From: Bolinopsis microptera
Lineage: Eukaryota
Length of the DNA: 64,000 bases
NCBI RefSeq assembly: GCF_026151205.1
Contig: NC_087076.1
Coordinates: 16,517,142 to 16,581,141, forward strand
Direction: 5' to 3'
A program made the position numbers and the translations under genes. The notes beneath the pieces were generated by a model. The model worked only from the letters and a program-made list of their open reading frames with translations. It was not told the DNA's origin and did no database searches. Positions 23,252 to 34,562 of this stretch are shown in pieces (positions within the stretch are counted from its first letter, which is position 1; each line of letters begins with the position of its first letter).

Positions 23252-24547
23252 CTATATTCCTCGGTAGTACCAGAACCTGGCTCTGAAATCGTCACTGCAT
23301 GAGATAAAAGCAGGCATGGTCGGAGAATGAACAGCACCTCTGATCACATTGTTGTGACCAGACACCAAATGTGGATGTGGTTCTGCTGTACGAGCATCCC
23401 AGCACCCTACCGCCATCCCCTTTTCATCAGGTGCTATTATCAGATCCTCGGTGTGGTTGAACTGTGCGCCAGTTCGGTGGTTGTGCTGTGTAACTCCAAC
23501 ATACTCGTTCAAGATGTTCCCGCTGGTCACCTCCCAAAGTTTCACAACACTGTCCTTACCGCTAGATAGCACATACTTGCCATTCCTCGAGAATTGGACA
23601 CTGGTCACCTCGGCTCCATTGTGAGCATCATCAAATGTTTTGACGCACCTGTTACTGACACCATCCCACATTTTGATTGACCCGTCACTACTGCAACTTG
23701 CGTACATGGTGCAGTCAGTGTTCCAACACAGTGCTAAGACAGGACCTGAGTGCTGTGACAGACTGTTTGAACAGACGTAGCACTTCAAAGTAACATAATC
23801 ATACAACCTAATAACTGGGTGATCAAGCGCCATGAGCAGGTAATCACCTGATGAGTGGAACGCCAAACTTCTTACTGAAGCACCTTCCTCGAGACTTTTC
23901 ACTGCTTTCTTGACACTGGCTTTGGTGAAGTCGAATACTTTGATGGTACAATCCTTAGATCCGCTCACCAAGTGTGTTGTGACAGGGTGGAAAGTAAGAG
24001 CAGTGATGGAATCAAGATGATCATAAAGAGTTCTTATAACAGGATGGTTTTCATTCTCTTGACGTTGAGCCTGTTGGGACTTTGTTATCATCCGTTCAAC
24101 ATCCATTATTTTGAGACTTGCATCGACGCTTCCAGTGGCACAAAGTTTACCATCAGCAGTAAAGCAGGCAACACGGCAAGGAGCTTTGTGGGAAGTAACA
24201 TAGGCAGTTTCATATTGTATGACGGTGGGAGAAGAATTCATGTCATCTGTATCATACTCCAAATCCAAACCAGGGCCCAAATTAGTCGCTTTCTCCAGCT
24301 TTTTACTGTGTGTCTCAGTCTCCTCATTGAGTTCCTCATATTTCAAGCCATATTGGACTAACTGACTAAGTCTATTCGTAGGAGCACTTTGTATCATAAA
24401 TCCACCAGTAGCATTCTTAAGAGCTACTGTCAACTCATATGCAACAGTTTCAAATTTGTCACTCCTTAGTTGGCCGATTATGAGCTTGTATAACCTTTCC
24501 CTCTCCTTCATCACTTCAGAAGCGCTCAGTTGATTTGGTATAGGCAT
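23252..24547 (-). CDS. CSTF1: Cleavage stimulation factor 50 kDa subunit, a WD40 protein, as a single 431-aa uninterrupted ORF
   Basis: The translation matches CstF-50 landmarks as I recall them for the vertebrate protein, which I could not check against a database: ERLYKLII in the N-terminal dimerisation domain, YETAYVTSHKAPCRVA, ENHPVIRTLYDH, VSNRCVKTFDDAHNGAEV, and the C-terminus DDFRARFWYYR. The length equals the human protein's. Start is ATG at 24547-24545 and stop is TAG at 23254-23252. Confidence 0.85.
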   Translation of the reverse strand: MPIPNQLSASEVMKERERLYKLIIGQLRSDKFETVAYELTVALKNATGGFMIQSAPTNRLSQLVQYGLKYEELNEETETHSKKLEKATNLGPGLDLEYDTDDMNSSPTVIQYETAYVTSHKAPCRVACFTADGKLCATGSVDASLKIMDVERMITKSQQAQRQENENHPVIRTLYDHLDSITALTFHPVTTHLVSGSKDCTIKVFDFTKASVKKAVKSLEEGASVRSLAFHSSGDYLLMALDHPVIRLYDYVTLKCYVCSNSLSQHSGPVLALCWNTDCTMYASCSSDGSIKMWDGVSNRCVKTFDDAHNGAEVTSVQFSRNGKYVLSSGKDSVVKLWEVTSGNILNEYVGVTQHNHRTGAQFNHTEDLIIAPDEKGMAVGCWDARTAEPHPHLVSGHNNVIRGAVHSPTMPAFISCSDDFRARFWYYRGI

Positions 24548-25646
24548 TCTGATAGCTGAAATATTTCATTATTTAATACTATAGCAGACATTATTTCAAA
24601 AAGTCTAACTGAGCTGTGCACCCCTGATTAATCAGGGATATAATTAAATTGATAAATTTTATACTGCAGTGTAAAAGCTTTATAGGTATTGAAGTGTAGA
24701 AGTATTCACTGCACACAAAATATTAGCCCATGCCAACATAAAGCCCAGCGTTTTTCAGTTACTTTGTTGGAGCAAGCTCAAAAAGTCTGCAGCATCAAAT
24801 CAAATCAAATAATAATGACACAAAACATCACCATACAAAATAATGGAAAAGAACCCATGTGGCTCTTGCTTGTGAAATTTGCATATATACTACCCAAGGC
24901 GAGGGTTGCAGTCAAGATGCAGTCAAGATGCTGGGCTGTTGATTTTCCTCTGATTCCCCTCAGCGCAATGAGTGTGCTTCTTAACAGATAAAATCTGAAT
25001 CGTGTTCTGATATGATTTTTGACCTGACTCATGGCTTATTTTTTGTTGTCAGCTAACATCCCAGAAACACGATCTACAAACAAGCAGTCCCATAACTCCA
25101 GAAGTTGTGAAGACTAGAGGGACAAAAGATCCTTTCTCTGACTACTGAAGTACTCTCTCTTTCTTCATACAAATCATTCTTTTCTTTCTCATGCTTACTG
25201 TAGATTTTATCTAGTGGCTTAATTAATGTATTTGAGTTGCAGTCAGGATGCAATGTGTGACCATAACGTCAAAGAATGTTCTTTCAAAGGGTGCATACAG
25301 TCTTGGAGGAAGAAAGCAGCAGTGTCTCTTATGGCATTGTGGCACATGAAAACCTAATTTCCAATCAAGGGCGTGATAGACACTGTTTATATTTCCGTAA
25401 GCACATTTAGAGGGCACTCTTTTGATCTTCTGACCATACTGTAGAGTGTAGATGTATGCTGTCTTGGAACTCCTGCCTGTTTAGAACAAAGTTGAGGTCT
25501 TTCAGAGGTAGTTTTAGGAGCCATGTTGAGGCTCCCTTCTCTCTTGCTTGGCCTTGGTGGTTTTAGGTCGATGATCTGACTCACTATGGACTATAGAGCA
25601 ACTTAAACCTTTGGGAGAGAAACTCCTCTTTCTGTTCCCTCAGATT

Positions 25647-25727
25647 CTCTTTCTTTTCTTTCATCTTGGCCAGGTCCAGCTTGGTGATATCCAAGCTGGA
25701 CCTGGCCAAGATGAAAGAAAAGAAAGA
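25647..25727. repeat. Perfect palindrome with 37-bp arms and a 6-nt loop
   Basis: tctttcttttctttcatcttggccaggtccagcttgg - tgatat - ccaagctggacctggccaagatgaaagaaaagaaaga. Confidence 0.85.
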
Positions 25728-27186
25728 AGATCTGAGGTGATATATTGGTTGATCAAACCTACTAATTGCTATGGCTTTAGTTACTGCTACTGAGTAAGCA
25801 TATGCATAGCCCGCCACATCAAACAGGAATTTCGAGGGTATCTCTATCGTGCTGGGTGACTGGACCAATGAGGGCTGGAATGAGCACATGATGCATGATC
25901 TTGCTCTCCAGTGGGGCAAAGTACTTCTTAGCAACATGGGATTAAACATAGGACATTCATTAGGCTTTTCTTTATTAACAACGTAATTAGTTCCCTCAAT
26001 TCTTCCTTAAACTTCATTCGAAACATTCCAAAAATAACTATCATTTACTAAAGGTTTAGAAATCAACATTTTCAAAATCCCAAATAATAAACATATACAC
26101 ACATGTACAATAAATTAAATCTGGTGATGCATTTGGCAGAGCACAAGCACAAATCATGAGCAATAAATATCATCTACCCCTTGTAGCTCTTCATCTCAGG
26201 TATCAGGTTGAAGGAGACTGGATATAGGGGCCGCCCATGCCTTCTTCTAATATAGGTGGCCTTAAGTTTGGGTCAGATGCCAGGAAATTATTTGGACAAT
26301 GGCTCCCTGGAAAGCAGTACTTTGCACTAGCACACTCCTCATTATATCCATGCTCAGGCGTGTCCTGTTACACATCACCTAGCTACAGTCCTCCTTCGTC
26401 TTGGTGGATATCTACACAGCAAGTCGACTAATGAAACGTTTGGCCTCAGGTGCCGGCCATTCCTCTTTTAGTGGTAAATACAAGGGGGACGAATGACCCT
26501 TTCTTCAGTTGTAGCACTCGGTTCATATATACTGCAACTGGTTTTTATTTTCATTCTCATGTTGAGTGTAGACCTGTGGCATGGTCTTTCCTTGATTAGC
26601 GCATGTCACATTCCACAAATTCATTTCACAACAACAAGTGTTTCATGCCCTTCCCCATCAAACTTTCCCCGACCTTTTATAATCTAGGAGTGATCAGATT
26701 AAGGTTCAAATGGTTGGTAAAGATTTTGCACCTAAGTAAGTAAGTAAGTAAGTAAAGATTATGACATAACATCATCACAAGTGTCTACAAAATATCATTG
26801 CACTAAATAAAAAAATAATTTAAATAAATATATTTTTCCATCAACATTAATAATTTATCAAATTCAATTTTATTAATTAATAAAATCTAATACATTATCT
26901 ATAAATAATTCATTAAATAAATAATAATAAAATTTGGTAGCTTAAACACAAACTCTAAGCCCAGTGGATAAACCACAAAACTTATGCTCTATTGTGTGAA
27001 ACAAAGATACTAGATCAAGATAACTATCAAGGAGTGTATGCATAGGACATAAAAAGTTTTGGAACGAAGATGACATGCTTGTGAAGCGAGCTAACAGTCT
27101 AATTGCTAATAAGTTCAAAAAGATCATGACATTAGGTTGCATCCTAAACAGTTTAAGCAAATAACATAAAGTTATTATATTGTCGA

Positions 27187-30039
27187 TTAATCGCTCATGC
27201 CATAACTTTTCTTAAACAGGTGAGTTTTTAATAATGTTTTGAACAGATCAACATTGGAACAAGTCTTAATTTCAATTGGTAGTTGGTTCCAGATTTTCGG
27301 AGCGACAGTCTGAAACGCTCTTGGGTGTGATCTTGTAGATCCGACGGGTAGGTGTAAGGAGGAAGTTCTTCTGCTACTCGAACTAACAAATGTTACTAGA
27401 TCACACAGATATGCAGGAGCAACACCATTGACTGCTTTGAAAATCAGTAAGCATAACTTAAACTCAATCCTCTCCTTCACCTTGAGCCAATGAAGGGATT
27501 TGAGCTTCTCCTCGACTGAGTCTCTCTTCTTTAATCCAAAAACCAGACGGCATGCTCGGTTCTGAATGTTCTGCAGCTGCGTAATTGAGGCTTGACTACA
27601 ACCATAGTAAAGTGCATTGCAGTAGTCAAGCGATGAGATTACAATTGCTTGAGTCAGTGTTCCCATCTGTTTGGTTGTGAGGAATGTTTTCATCTTAGCA
27701 AGGTCTCTTAGTTTCAGAAAACACGATGTTTTAAGTTGCTTGATTTGCTCACCAAAGTTTAGTTGAGAGTCGAGACGAAATCCGAGGTTCTTTGCAACAG
27801 GTGACAGCCTGACACACGTCTCAGAGTTAACAAACACGCCCCCTATAGACAGCTGCTGGAGAACAAGCGGTGTCCCAAAGACAAGAATCTCGGTTTTTCC
27901 TGCATTGAGCTGTAGATAATGTTTTTTCATCCAGTCATTAATTTCTTGGAAACATTTGGGAACATCGTTGATAAGGACGGTGGGCTCCTCGTTTGGCTTG
28001 AAACTTTTATACAGCTGATGATCGTCGGCGTAACCCTGGATGGAGAAGTTCAAATCATGTGCTGCTGAGTACAAAGAGCGAATGTAGATGTTGAACAGGA
28101 CCGGACCCAGCACAGAGCCCTGTGGGACTCCAAACTTAATCACTATCTCATAAGATTCCTCATTTCCAACTTTAATCGTTTGACATCTACCTGTGAGGAA
28201 GCTGCTGAACCATTTCCAAGCTGTCCCTGTTATTCCCAACTCATTTCTGAGGATGTTCAGTAGTTTGCAGTGGTCAACTGTATCAAAAGCTGCGCTGAGA
28301 TCTAGGAGAAGAACAACAGTTGCCTTGCTTTCTGTAGATGCAATGAGTAGATCGTTAACAACTCTCACAAGCAGAGTCTCGGTGCTGTGTTTTGATTTGT
28401 ATCCAGACTGCTGTGGGATGTTCAGGTTGTTGTTTTCTAGATGTTCATTTAGACGCCTGAGCACTACTCTTTCTATCAACTTGCCCACAAAACTAAGGTT
28501 AGATATTGGTCTGTAATTCTTGAGATTATCACTATCTAATCCCTGGCCCTTGATCAGGGGTGTGATATGAGCTAGTTTAGCGCCATCAATACTGCCAGAA
28601 GATAATGAAGCATTTACTATGTCAACTAAGACGGGTAGTAGAACCTCAAGGTTTTCTTTAAAGATGTTTGCAGGTAGAGGGTCAATTGAAGAAGACTTGA
28701 TCTCAGATGCCTTGATTATCTCCTCTAGTTCTTCTAGAGTAGTTGGAGAGAACTCAGCTAGTTTTTCTCCGCAGTAAGAGGGCGTTTGATCGTCAGACTC
28801 CACATGATCAAAGTTATTTCGTATTGCCTTTATTTTCTCCTGAAAATATACGTTAAAGTTTTCGACTGTGACCTTGAGAGACTCCGACGAAGGCAACACA
28901 ATGCTTTTATCCCGATCAAGAAAGGTGTCCACAAATCTAAAAAGACTCTTAGAAGAATAGGAATGCTTTATGAATTCGACTTTGAAAAACTCATGTTTCT
29001 TCCTGTCTGAGAGTTCTGTGCACTGCTCTCTGACTGATTCATAGTGTTTCTTGTCAGTTAAAGATCCGGAGATTTTCCACTTTGTCTCGGCTTTTCTTCT
29101 TTGGCTTCTAAGTGCTTTATATTCACCATCGAACCAAGGGGCAGACTTACGTTCTTTGATTTCCTTTGTGAGGAGAGGAGCATGGTTATTCAGCACAGTT
29201 AGGCACTTAGAGTTGTATAGGCTGATGCGGCTTTCAAATGACGGCATTTCAGCTTGTGATAGACCCTCAGGATCCATTACAGTAACCAATTCCTCAGCAA
29301 GATTATCCGCAAAACAATTTTTGTCAATTTCTTTGACATTTCTGAATGTGATAACTTTTTTCTTGTTGAGATTGCTTGCAACTGTTTTTGTGAGGCTAAA
29401 AGTAACCGGGAAATGGTCACAGTTTGGGAACATTTCCGAGGTGTGCGAGTCTACTGTGACACTCTTTGGATTGACTATCTGATGGGAGGAGATTACAACA
29501 TCCAGAATATGTCCTTTGTTGTGAGTTGGATCTCTCACGTATTGATGCAGTCCATAGCTGGCCAATACTTCAGTCAGTTTGGCCGTGTTTCTTGATTTAT
29601 GATCATCCAAATGAATATTAAGATCACCACAGATTAAAAACTTCTTGTATTTCATGAATATGTTCCCAATAAACTCATCCAAATCTTCAAAAAATACATC
29701 AGTCAATGACCCTGGTCGGTAAACACAAGCACAGAGGACAGTATCACCCGATGAGTCTCGAAATTTGCCTAAAACTGCTTCAAACGTATCTCCACACTTA
29801 TCAAACACAGGAGTAAGGTTCAAATCACTTGAATTGTAAATAATTCCAACTCCTCCGCCTCTGCATTTAGCGGAGTCTTTCCTGATGTAGTGAATCAAGT
29901 TATAGCCGTAAGACTTGATGGTAGCAGTAACATCATTCTTCATGCTGGTGAGCCAAGTCTCAGTGACAAAAAGGACAGAGATTCCTTGGTCGATTATAGA
30001 TTCCATGATTGGTTGAATCTTATTATTGAGAGATCTCAC
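27187..30039 (-). CDS. LINE ORF2: apurinic endonuclease plus reverse transcriptase, intact at 950 aa
   Basis: The ORF is uninterrupted. Motifs include FVTETWL in the endonuclease, LLDLSAAFDTVDH, GVPQGSVLGPVLFNIY and GYADDHQ. Confidence 0.85.
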   Translation of the reverse strand: MRSLNNKIQPIMESIIDQGISVLFVTETWLTSMKNDVTATIKSYGYNLIHYIRKDSAKCRGGGVGIIYNSSDLNLTPVFDKCGDTFEAVLGKFRDSSGDTVLCACVYRPGSLTDVFFEDLDEFIGNIFMKYKKFLICGDLNIHLDDHKSRNTAKLTEVLASYGLHQYVRDPTHNKGHILDVVISSHQIVNPKSVTVDSHTSEMFPNCDHFPVTFSLTKTVASNLNKKKVITFRNVKEIDKNCFADNLAEELVTVMDPEGLSQAEMPSFESRISLYNSKCLTVLNNHAPLLTKEIKERKSAPWFDGEYKALRSQRRKAETKWKISGSLTDKKHYESVREQCTELSDRKKHEFFKVEFIKHSYSSKSLFRFVDTFLDRDKSIVLPSSESLKVTVENFNVYFQEKIKAIRNNFDHVESDDQTPSYCGEKLAEFSPTTLEELEEIIKASEIKSSSIDPLPANIFKENLEVLLPVLVDIVNASLSSGSIDGAKLAHITPLIKGQGLDSDNLKNYRPISNLSFVGKLIERVVLRRLNEHLENNNLNIPQQSGYKSKHSTETLLVRVVNDLLIASTESKATVVLLLDLSAAFDTVDHCKLLNILRNELGITGTAWKWFSSFLTGRCQTIKVGNEESYEIVIKFGVPQGSVLGPVLFNIYIRSLYSAAHDLNFSIQGYADDHQLYKSFKPNEEPTVLINDVPKCFQEINDWMKKHYLQLNAGKTEILVFGTPLVLQQLSIGGVFVNSETCVRLSPVAKNLGFRLDSQLNFGEQIKQLKTSCFLKLRDLAKMKTFLTTKQMGTLTQAIVISSLDYCNALYYGCSQASITQLQNIQNRACRLVFGLKKRDSVEEKLKSLHWLKVKERIEFKLCLLIFKAVNGVAPAYLCDLVTFVSSSSRRTSSLHLPVGSTRSHPRAFQTVAPKIWNQLPIEIKTCSNVDLFKTLLKTHLFKKSYGMSD

Positions 30040-30089
30040 ATTCCAGCAACAGCCAAGAATCTCCGCCGGAGAGGATTTCAGACCACTGC

Positions 30090-31073
30090 TTACAAGTTTT
30101 TTGAACTGTAGTAATTGATAGTTTTGCGGAGATGCTGCTGTTCAGCAACATAAGCTGGACATGTCCTATCAAATGCTGTGTGTGTGTTTCTTTCATCCCG
30201 ATACTTGCCCTTAGAGCAGTTAATGCAGCATGAAATATGACTATTAGTTTTCTTTTCTGGACAATCTTCTGACGTATGATTCTTGGAACAATAACCACAA
30301 ATAGCTTTTTCTGATTCACACTCCGACCTGTAGTGTCCAAAACCTTGGCAGTTGTTGCATCGTTTTACATGAAATTGATCATAAACTTTGCAACTAAACG
30401 AACTGATGTATAGCCGATCTCCCTGTTGTTCTATGATTTTCCTGATATTGTTACTAACTCGTATAGTAGCTTGATGCTTGCTGCTGTTTTTGATCTGAGG
30501 TTTAACTTTTAGTACAGAAAATGTTTCACCCTGGGATTTTAATGCCTTAATGTTGGGGTGAGCTTGAAGGAGCAGGTCTTCTAGATCTTCTTCAGAATAA
30601 TTATCAGCAAGGTTAGCAACAGAGATTGTGGGCAAACGTTCTGGTGGCTGGTGCGTTATCATTTCTGGAAGTTGCTGGGATACTTTCTTGACAAGATTTT
30701 CCCTGTCAGCTGTTGTCGGACACACAACCACAATGTCCCCTTTCTTATTGACATACCGTTTGTCAGCATGAATGGCGTTGTCTTTGATGATTTTGTCAAC
30801 TTCTTCTTGGCGATCTTTTGCTTGATTTTCTGGTGCTTTGCTGGACATGATTAATACAGAGCGATATGAAGGGGCAACTGGTGCTGGAGATGGAGGAGAA
30901 GAAATTTCAGTTTTGTCCGGAGATGTTTTCATATTCACAACTTTCATAAGTAAACCCTTCATGTCCTCCATAGATTGGGTCAGATTATCTACTCGCCTGT
31001 CAATCAGGTCGACTTTACTTTCGGCACTGACTGCGGAGTTCTGTTCAGAGTGTGTCTTGCAGACATTACACAC
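30090..31073 (-). CDS. LINE ORF1 with three CCHC zinc knuckles, 327 aa
   Basis: Knuckles are CNNCQGFGHYRSEC, CGYCSKNHTSEDC and CINCSKGKY. The ORF ends 50 nt upstream of the ORF2 ATG. Confidence 0.8.
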   Translation of the reverse strand: MCNVCKTHSEQNSAVSAESKVDLIDRRVDNLTQSMEDMKGLLMKVVNMKTSPDKTEISSPPSPAPVAPSYRSVLIMSSKAPENQAKDRQEEVDKIIKDNAIHADKRYVNKKGDIVVVCPTTADRENLVKKVSQQLPEMITHQPPERLPTISVANLADNYSEEDLEDLLLQAHPNIKALKSQGETFSVLKVKPQIKNSSKHQATIRVSNNIRKIIEQQGDRLYISSFSCKVYDQFHVKRCNNCQGFGHYRSECESEKAICGYCSKNHTSEDCPEKKTNSHISCCINCSKGKYRDERNTHTAFDRTCPAYVAEQQHLRKTINYYSSKNL

Positions 31074-31185
31074 AAACGTAAAAGTCCCAAATCTGGAACT
31101 GTTAACACCCTTGGTTGCGTTTCTGTCGGAGTATGCTTTGAAGAAAGTGCGAGGACAGATTACAGCATTATTGATCCTATCTTTA

Positions 31186-31932
31186 TTAATACTTCCCAGT
31201 GGAATAAAGATTTATGAAACGCTTCTTTGCCACAAAAGGATGAAACCAAAGATATTCATTATGTGTCTCCTTATTGCTTAAATAACTGGGTCCTTCAATT
31301 TTCCCTAAAACTTCATTCGAAACATTCCAAAAATAAAAATCATTTACACTGTTTTTAGAAATCATTTCTTTCTTAAATCCTTCCAATCTAACTTTAAAGC
31401 TTAAAACTGTCGAGCAGTTCTTGACATCTGAAGGGAGTTTGTTCCAGTAAGGAATGACTCGCTCCGGAAGAAAAGAAGACTGGAGATTCTTAACTTTAGT
31501 TACACTCTTATTACACCTATTGGTTGAAACTAGATTAAGACCAGATCTGCTCATTCTGAACAAACCCGATCCATATTCAGTCAAACCACTAGTTACTTTA
31601 AAAGCTTCGATAAGGTCCCCACGTATTCGCCGCTCTGCCAGCGTTGTCAAATTGAGGATATCCAGTCTGCAGCTGTATGGAAGAGTACCCACCTCATCAA
31701 TAAGACGGGTAAACCGCCTCTGGACGCTCTCCAGCTCCAAAACAGTCCCCCAACTTCCATGAGCCGCAACTGGATTCCACAATTGGACACAATACTCAAG
31801 ATGAGGTCTTATCAAAGCTTTATAAATAGCTATCATTACAACCTTTTCTCTAATAACTAAGTTCCTTACAATCCAGCAGATCATACGATTTGCTTTAGAA
31901 ATACATGCTTTTATCTGTTCATTCCAAAGCAA
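31186..31932 (-). mobile_element. CR1-like LINE 3' fragment, the ORF2 C-terminal domain
   Basis: Carries IRPHLEYCVQLWNP...LESVQRRFTRLI...LERRRIRGDLIEAFK, the CR1-type C-terminal signature. Confidence 0.7.
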
Positions 31933-32094
31933 GGAGCATACACCTATGTATGCTATAACCCCTGATAGAGATTCAGATACAAGTTCTGGGCAGATCGAAT
32001 TGCAGTCTGCATCTGCTAAACGAAATTAAATTGCAGTTTACAATTTGCAAATTTGTATTCCTTAATACTAGTAGGGTGGACATGGCTTTCTCTA

Positions 32095-32265
32095 GGTTTA
32101 GGACTCTAATCAGTGGCGTAACGAATGGCCCTGCTCAGTGGCGTAACGTTGCCTGTTGGCGCCCCCCTGCCGAAAAGGCGCCCCCCTGTTGGCACCCCCT
32201 CCCTTTTTGGTGCCCCTCCCTAAAATTGAACAAATTAGGTGATTTTAGAGGATAATAATAATAAT
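32095..32265. repeat. Inverted-repeat arm (GC-rich, ccctccctttttgg...gattttagaggata) that pairs with 33800-34125
   Basis: The reverse complement of 34050-34125 matches 32190-32265, and the cagtggcgtaac motif is shared. Confidence 0.55.
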
Positions 32266-32776
32266 TCTATACTGTTACATAATTTAAAAATTATGGCCCC
32301 TTATTGTGGGCAGAGTATGTGTCTTTATTTAAGTGTCCTGATTTAAAAATCATCTGAGTGACTGCATTGAAATAATTTAAGGAGAGTACCATAAAAACGT
32401 TAAAACAAAAGGAGTAACAACTAGAACATACTTATATTAATATCAACATTAGAACAAAATACAGTCACCTAATTCTCTTCTCCTACGGTTGAGTATAGAG
32501 GAACCATCTTTGGCGTGTATTAGGGACTTAGACCATTACAAATACCCTGCTGTAAGTTTGCAAGGTATGTGGACTAAGTGGGTCGAGAGTACTTGACTTG
32601 GAAGTGGGTGTTGAGAATTCTCAACTAAACTAGAAGATAATGATGTCCAGAAGATGAGGCAGTAGATGGAGTAGTAAAGGAGTAGTAGAGGCTGAAGGGG
32701 GAGTGATGTCATAAGGAGATGTCGGACATGAAGGGGGATGGAGGTGAAGGAGCACTAATAAGTATAAGTATCAATT

Positions 32777-33685
32777 CTATGATAGTTCATCGATGGCGAT
32801 CTGTGCTAAAGATCGGAAGGCAGTGATGCTGCCATCACTACCATCTCTTAAGATAGACCAGCATGGTTGGTCACTAGTGGAGTGCTCTTGAATGGTTTCT
32901 CTGTAGGAACAGCGGTACAGTGGACAAGAGAAGATTCGATGGTAATTGTTGTCCAACATCTGACAATTCGGACACTGAGGGTCGCAGTTGTTGGCAACCC
33001 TTGCCTTGAATGCTGTGAAGGTGATGTCATGGCCATGCAAGAGAGACATTACTTTAGTGTCTGTGCTCCTGCTTGAGTAGCGAGGAAACAACTTTTTGCT
33101 CCTCTCATCGATGTTATCCAGTATCTCACCCGGATTTATTCTAGGGTTCAGTAGGAGATGTTTATTCCAAGTGAAGTCCATAAAGCGGGTTATTTCGTCT
33201 TTTGAGTAGCTGACAACACCGTTGTGGACACTAGTCAGAAGGTCTATTCTGCTTCTGTTGAGCTCGTTGGACCCCCTTGTCCACGTTAGGAACTTACGTA
33301 TCTCATCAATATGGTGCTGATATCGATGGGCCTTTGCCTCCTCTAGCTGTAAGATGAGTCCTTGCATAAATGGGTCACTTGTAAGTGCTTTTATTATGAA
33401 TTTTATAGTGATCATCTTGTAGGATATCTCAAGGGGTGGAATTCCAAGCGCGACAGATGTCAAATCTTTGGGAGGATGGTGAGTGGATCCACTTATTTTC
33501 AAGAGGACCCTGGCATAGAAGTCTTTGAAAGTGTCTAGGTTATCTTTTAGCCATATTGGAGCAGCATATAGAAGTTTTGTGAGTACTACTGTTTTGAAGA
33601 GCATTTTGAGTGAGCTTGCATTCAGGCCTCTGTGGCGGGTGGAGTTTTGAGTGATCCTGTACCAGGCAAACCAGCATTGTTTCAA
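32777..33685 (-). mobile_element. LINE ORF2 C-terminal fragment with a terminal CxxC zinc finger, sitting between the inverted repeats
   Basis: A 302-aa ORF with a reverse-transcriptase thumb-like region and CDPQCPNCQ...H.IF.CP. It is unrelated to the L2-like copies. Confidence 0.55.
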
Positions 33686-33721
33686 TTTAAATTTGAAACA
33701 ATGCTGGTTTGCTGGTTTTAG

Positions 33722-34125
33722 AGGATACGCCGGTAAAATCTCTAAAAAAGTGTGTATCTAGAGTAAAACGCGCATTTTTCTAGTACTTTAGTTAAGTTTT
33801 CGAAATTGTCCCACATTCAAACGAAGATTTGGCGCCCCCCTAAGACGGCGCCCCCTGCACAGCGGGGTCAGCAGGGCCCTTAGTTACGCCACTGGCCCTG
33901 CTGAACCCGCTGTGCAAGGGGGGGGGGGGGGGGGGGGGGGGCGCCATCTTAGGGTAGCTTTGTTTGAATGTGGAACAATTTGGAGAAACTTAATCTAAGT
34001 ACTAAAAAAACTGCGCGTTTTGCTCTAGAAGCACACTTTTTAGAGATTTTACCAGCGTATCCTCTAAAATCATTTATTTGTTCAATTCTAGGGAGGGGCC
34101 AAAAGGGGAGGGGTACCACTGAATC
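33722..34125. repeat. Head-to-head palindromic dimer (foldback) with ~110-180-bp arms around a G24 run
   Basis: 33722-33832 (ggatacgccggtaaaatctctaaaaaagtgtgtatctagagtaaaacgcgc...) is the reverse complement of 33952-34078. Inner arms ggcgccccc..gcacagcggg are also inverted. G24 sits at 33921-33944. Confidence 0.75.
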
Positions 34126-34562
34126 TACTCACGTTTTTGTTCTTCTCGTGAGTTTGGTACATCTGTGAGTGCTCTTGTCACTGTAGCTTGGGGGTGAAGT
34201 ACCCTTACATCTGTGAATGCCCTGTCCAGCAGCTACCAGAACAATCTCGCGCTGATGTCCAGTCTTGCACCATCTTTGCCTATTTCGTTTGTACCATTTG
34301 GTAATGTGAGTGATGGTGGAACCACGTATTTACCACTCTGCTAGAGTTCCCTCCCACTAAATCGCTCACCCAAATTTTAAAAAATTCTTATGAAAAGGCC
34401 AAGAGGGTGTGAAAGTAATCTAAATCGGTGTATTTTTGGACGCTGATTCCGAATTACCCCCAAGTCGTAGACTAGTCGTAGACTAAAATCCTGATCGCAT
34501 GGTACCGTAACACTGGAAAGATAGATAATCACAACTTTCAAAGCAAACCTTACTGACTGGTC

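Larger units (their letters stand above)
26760..31180 (-). mobile_element. Full-length L2-like non-LTR retrotransposon with ORF1 and ORF2 and a microsatellite-type 3' end
   Basis: ORF1 (30090-31073) has three CCHC zinc knuckles. ORF2 (27187-30039, 950 aa) has apurinic endonuclease, reverse transcriptase, and a C-terminal LDYCNALYYG..LQ.IQNRA motif typical of L2. The (TAAGTAAG)n at 26735-26757 lies 3' of the element on its strand. I did not verify a TSD. Confidence 0.7.

Noticed and set aside
24689-25949. ORFs 24689-24991 (+), and 25223-25417, 25387-25584 and 25584-25949 (-), as a degraded gene
   Set aside because: They show no recognisable motifs, their frames are mixed, and the 25584-25949 ORF is driven by the 37-bp-arm palindrome. 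I leave them unannotated.
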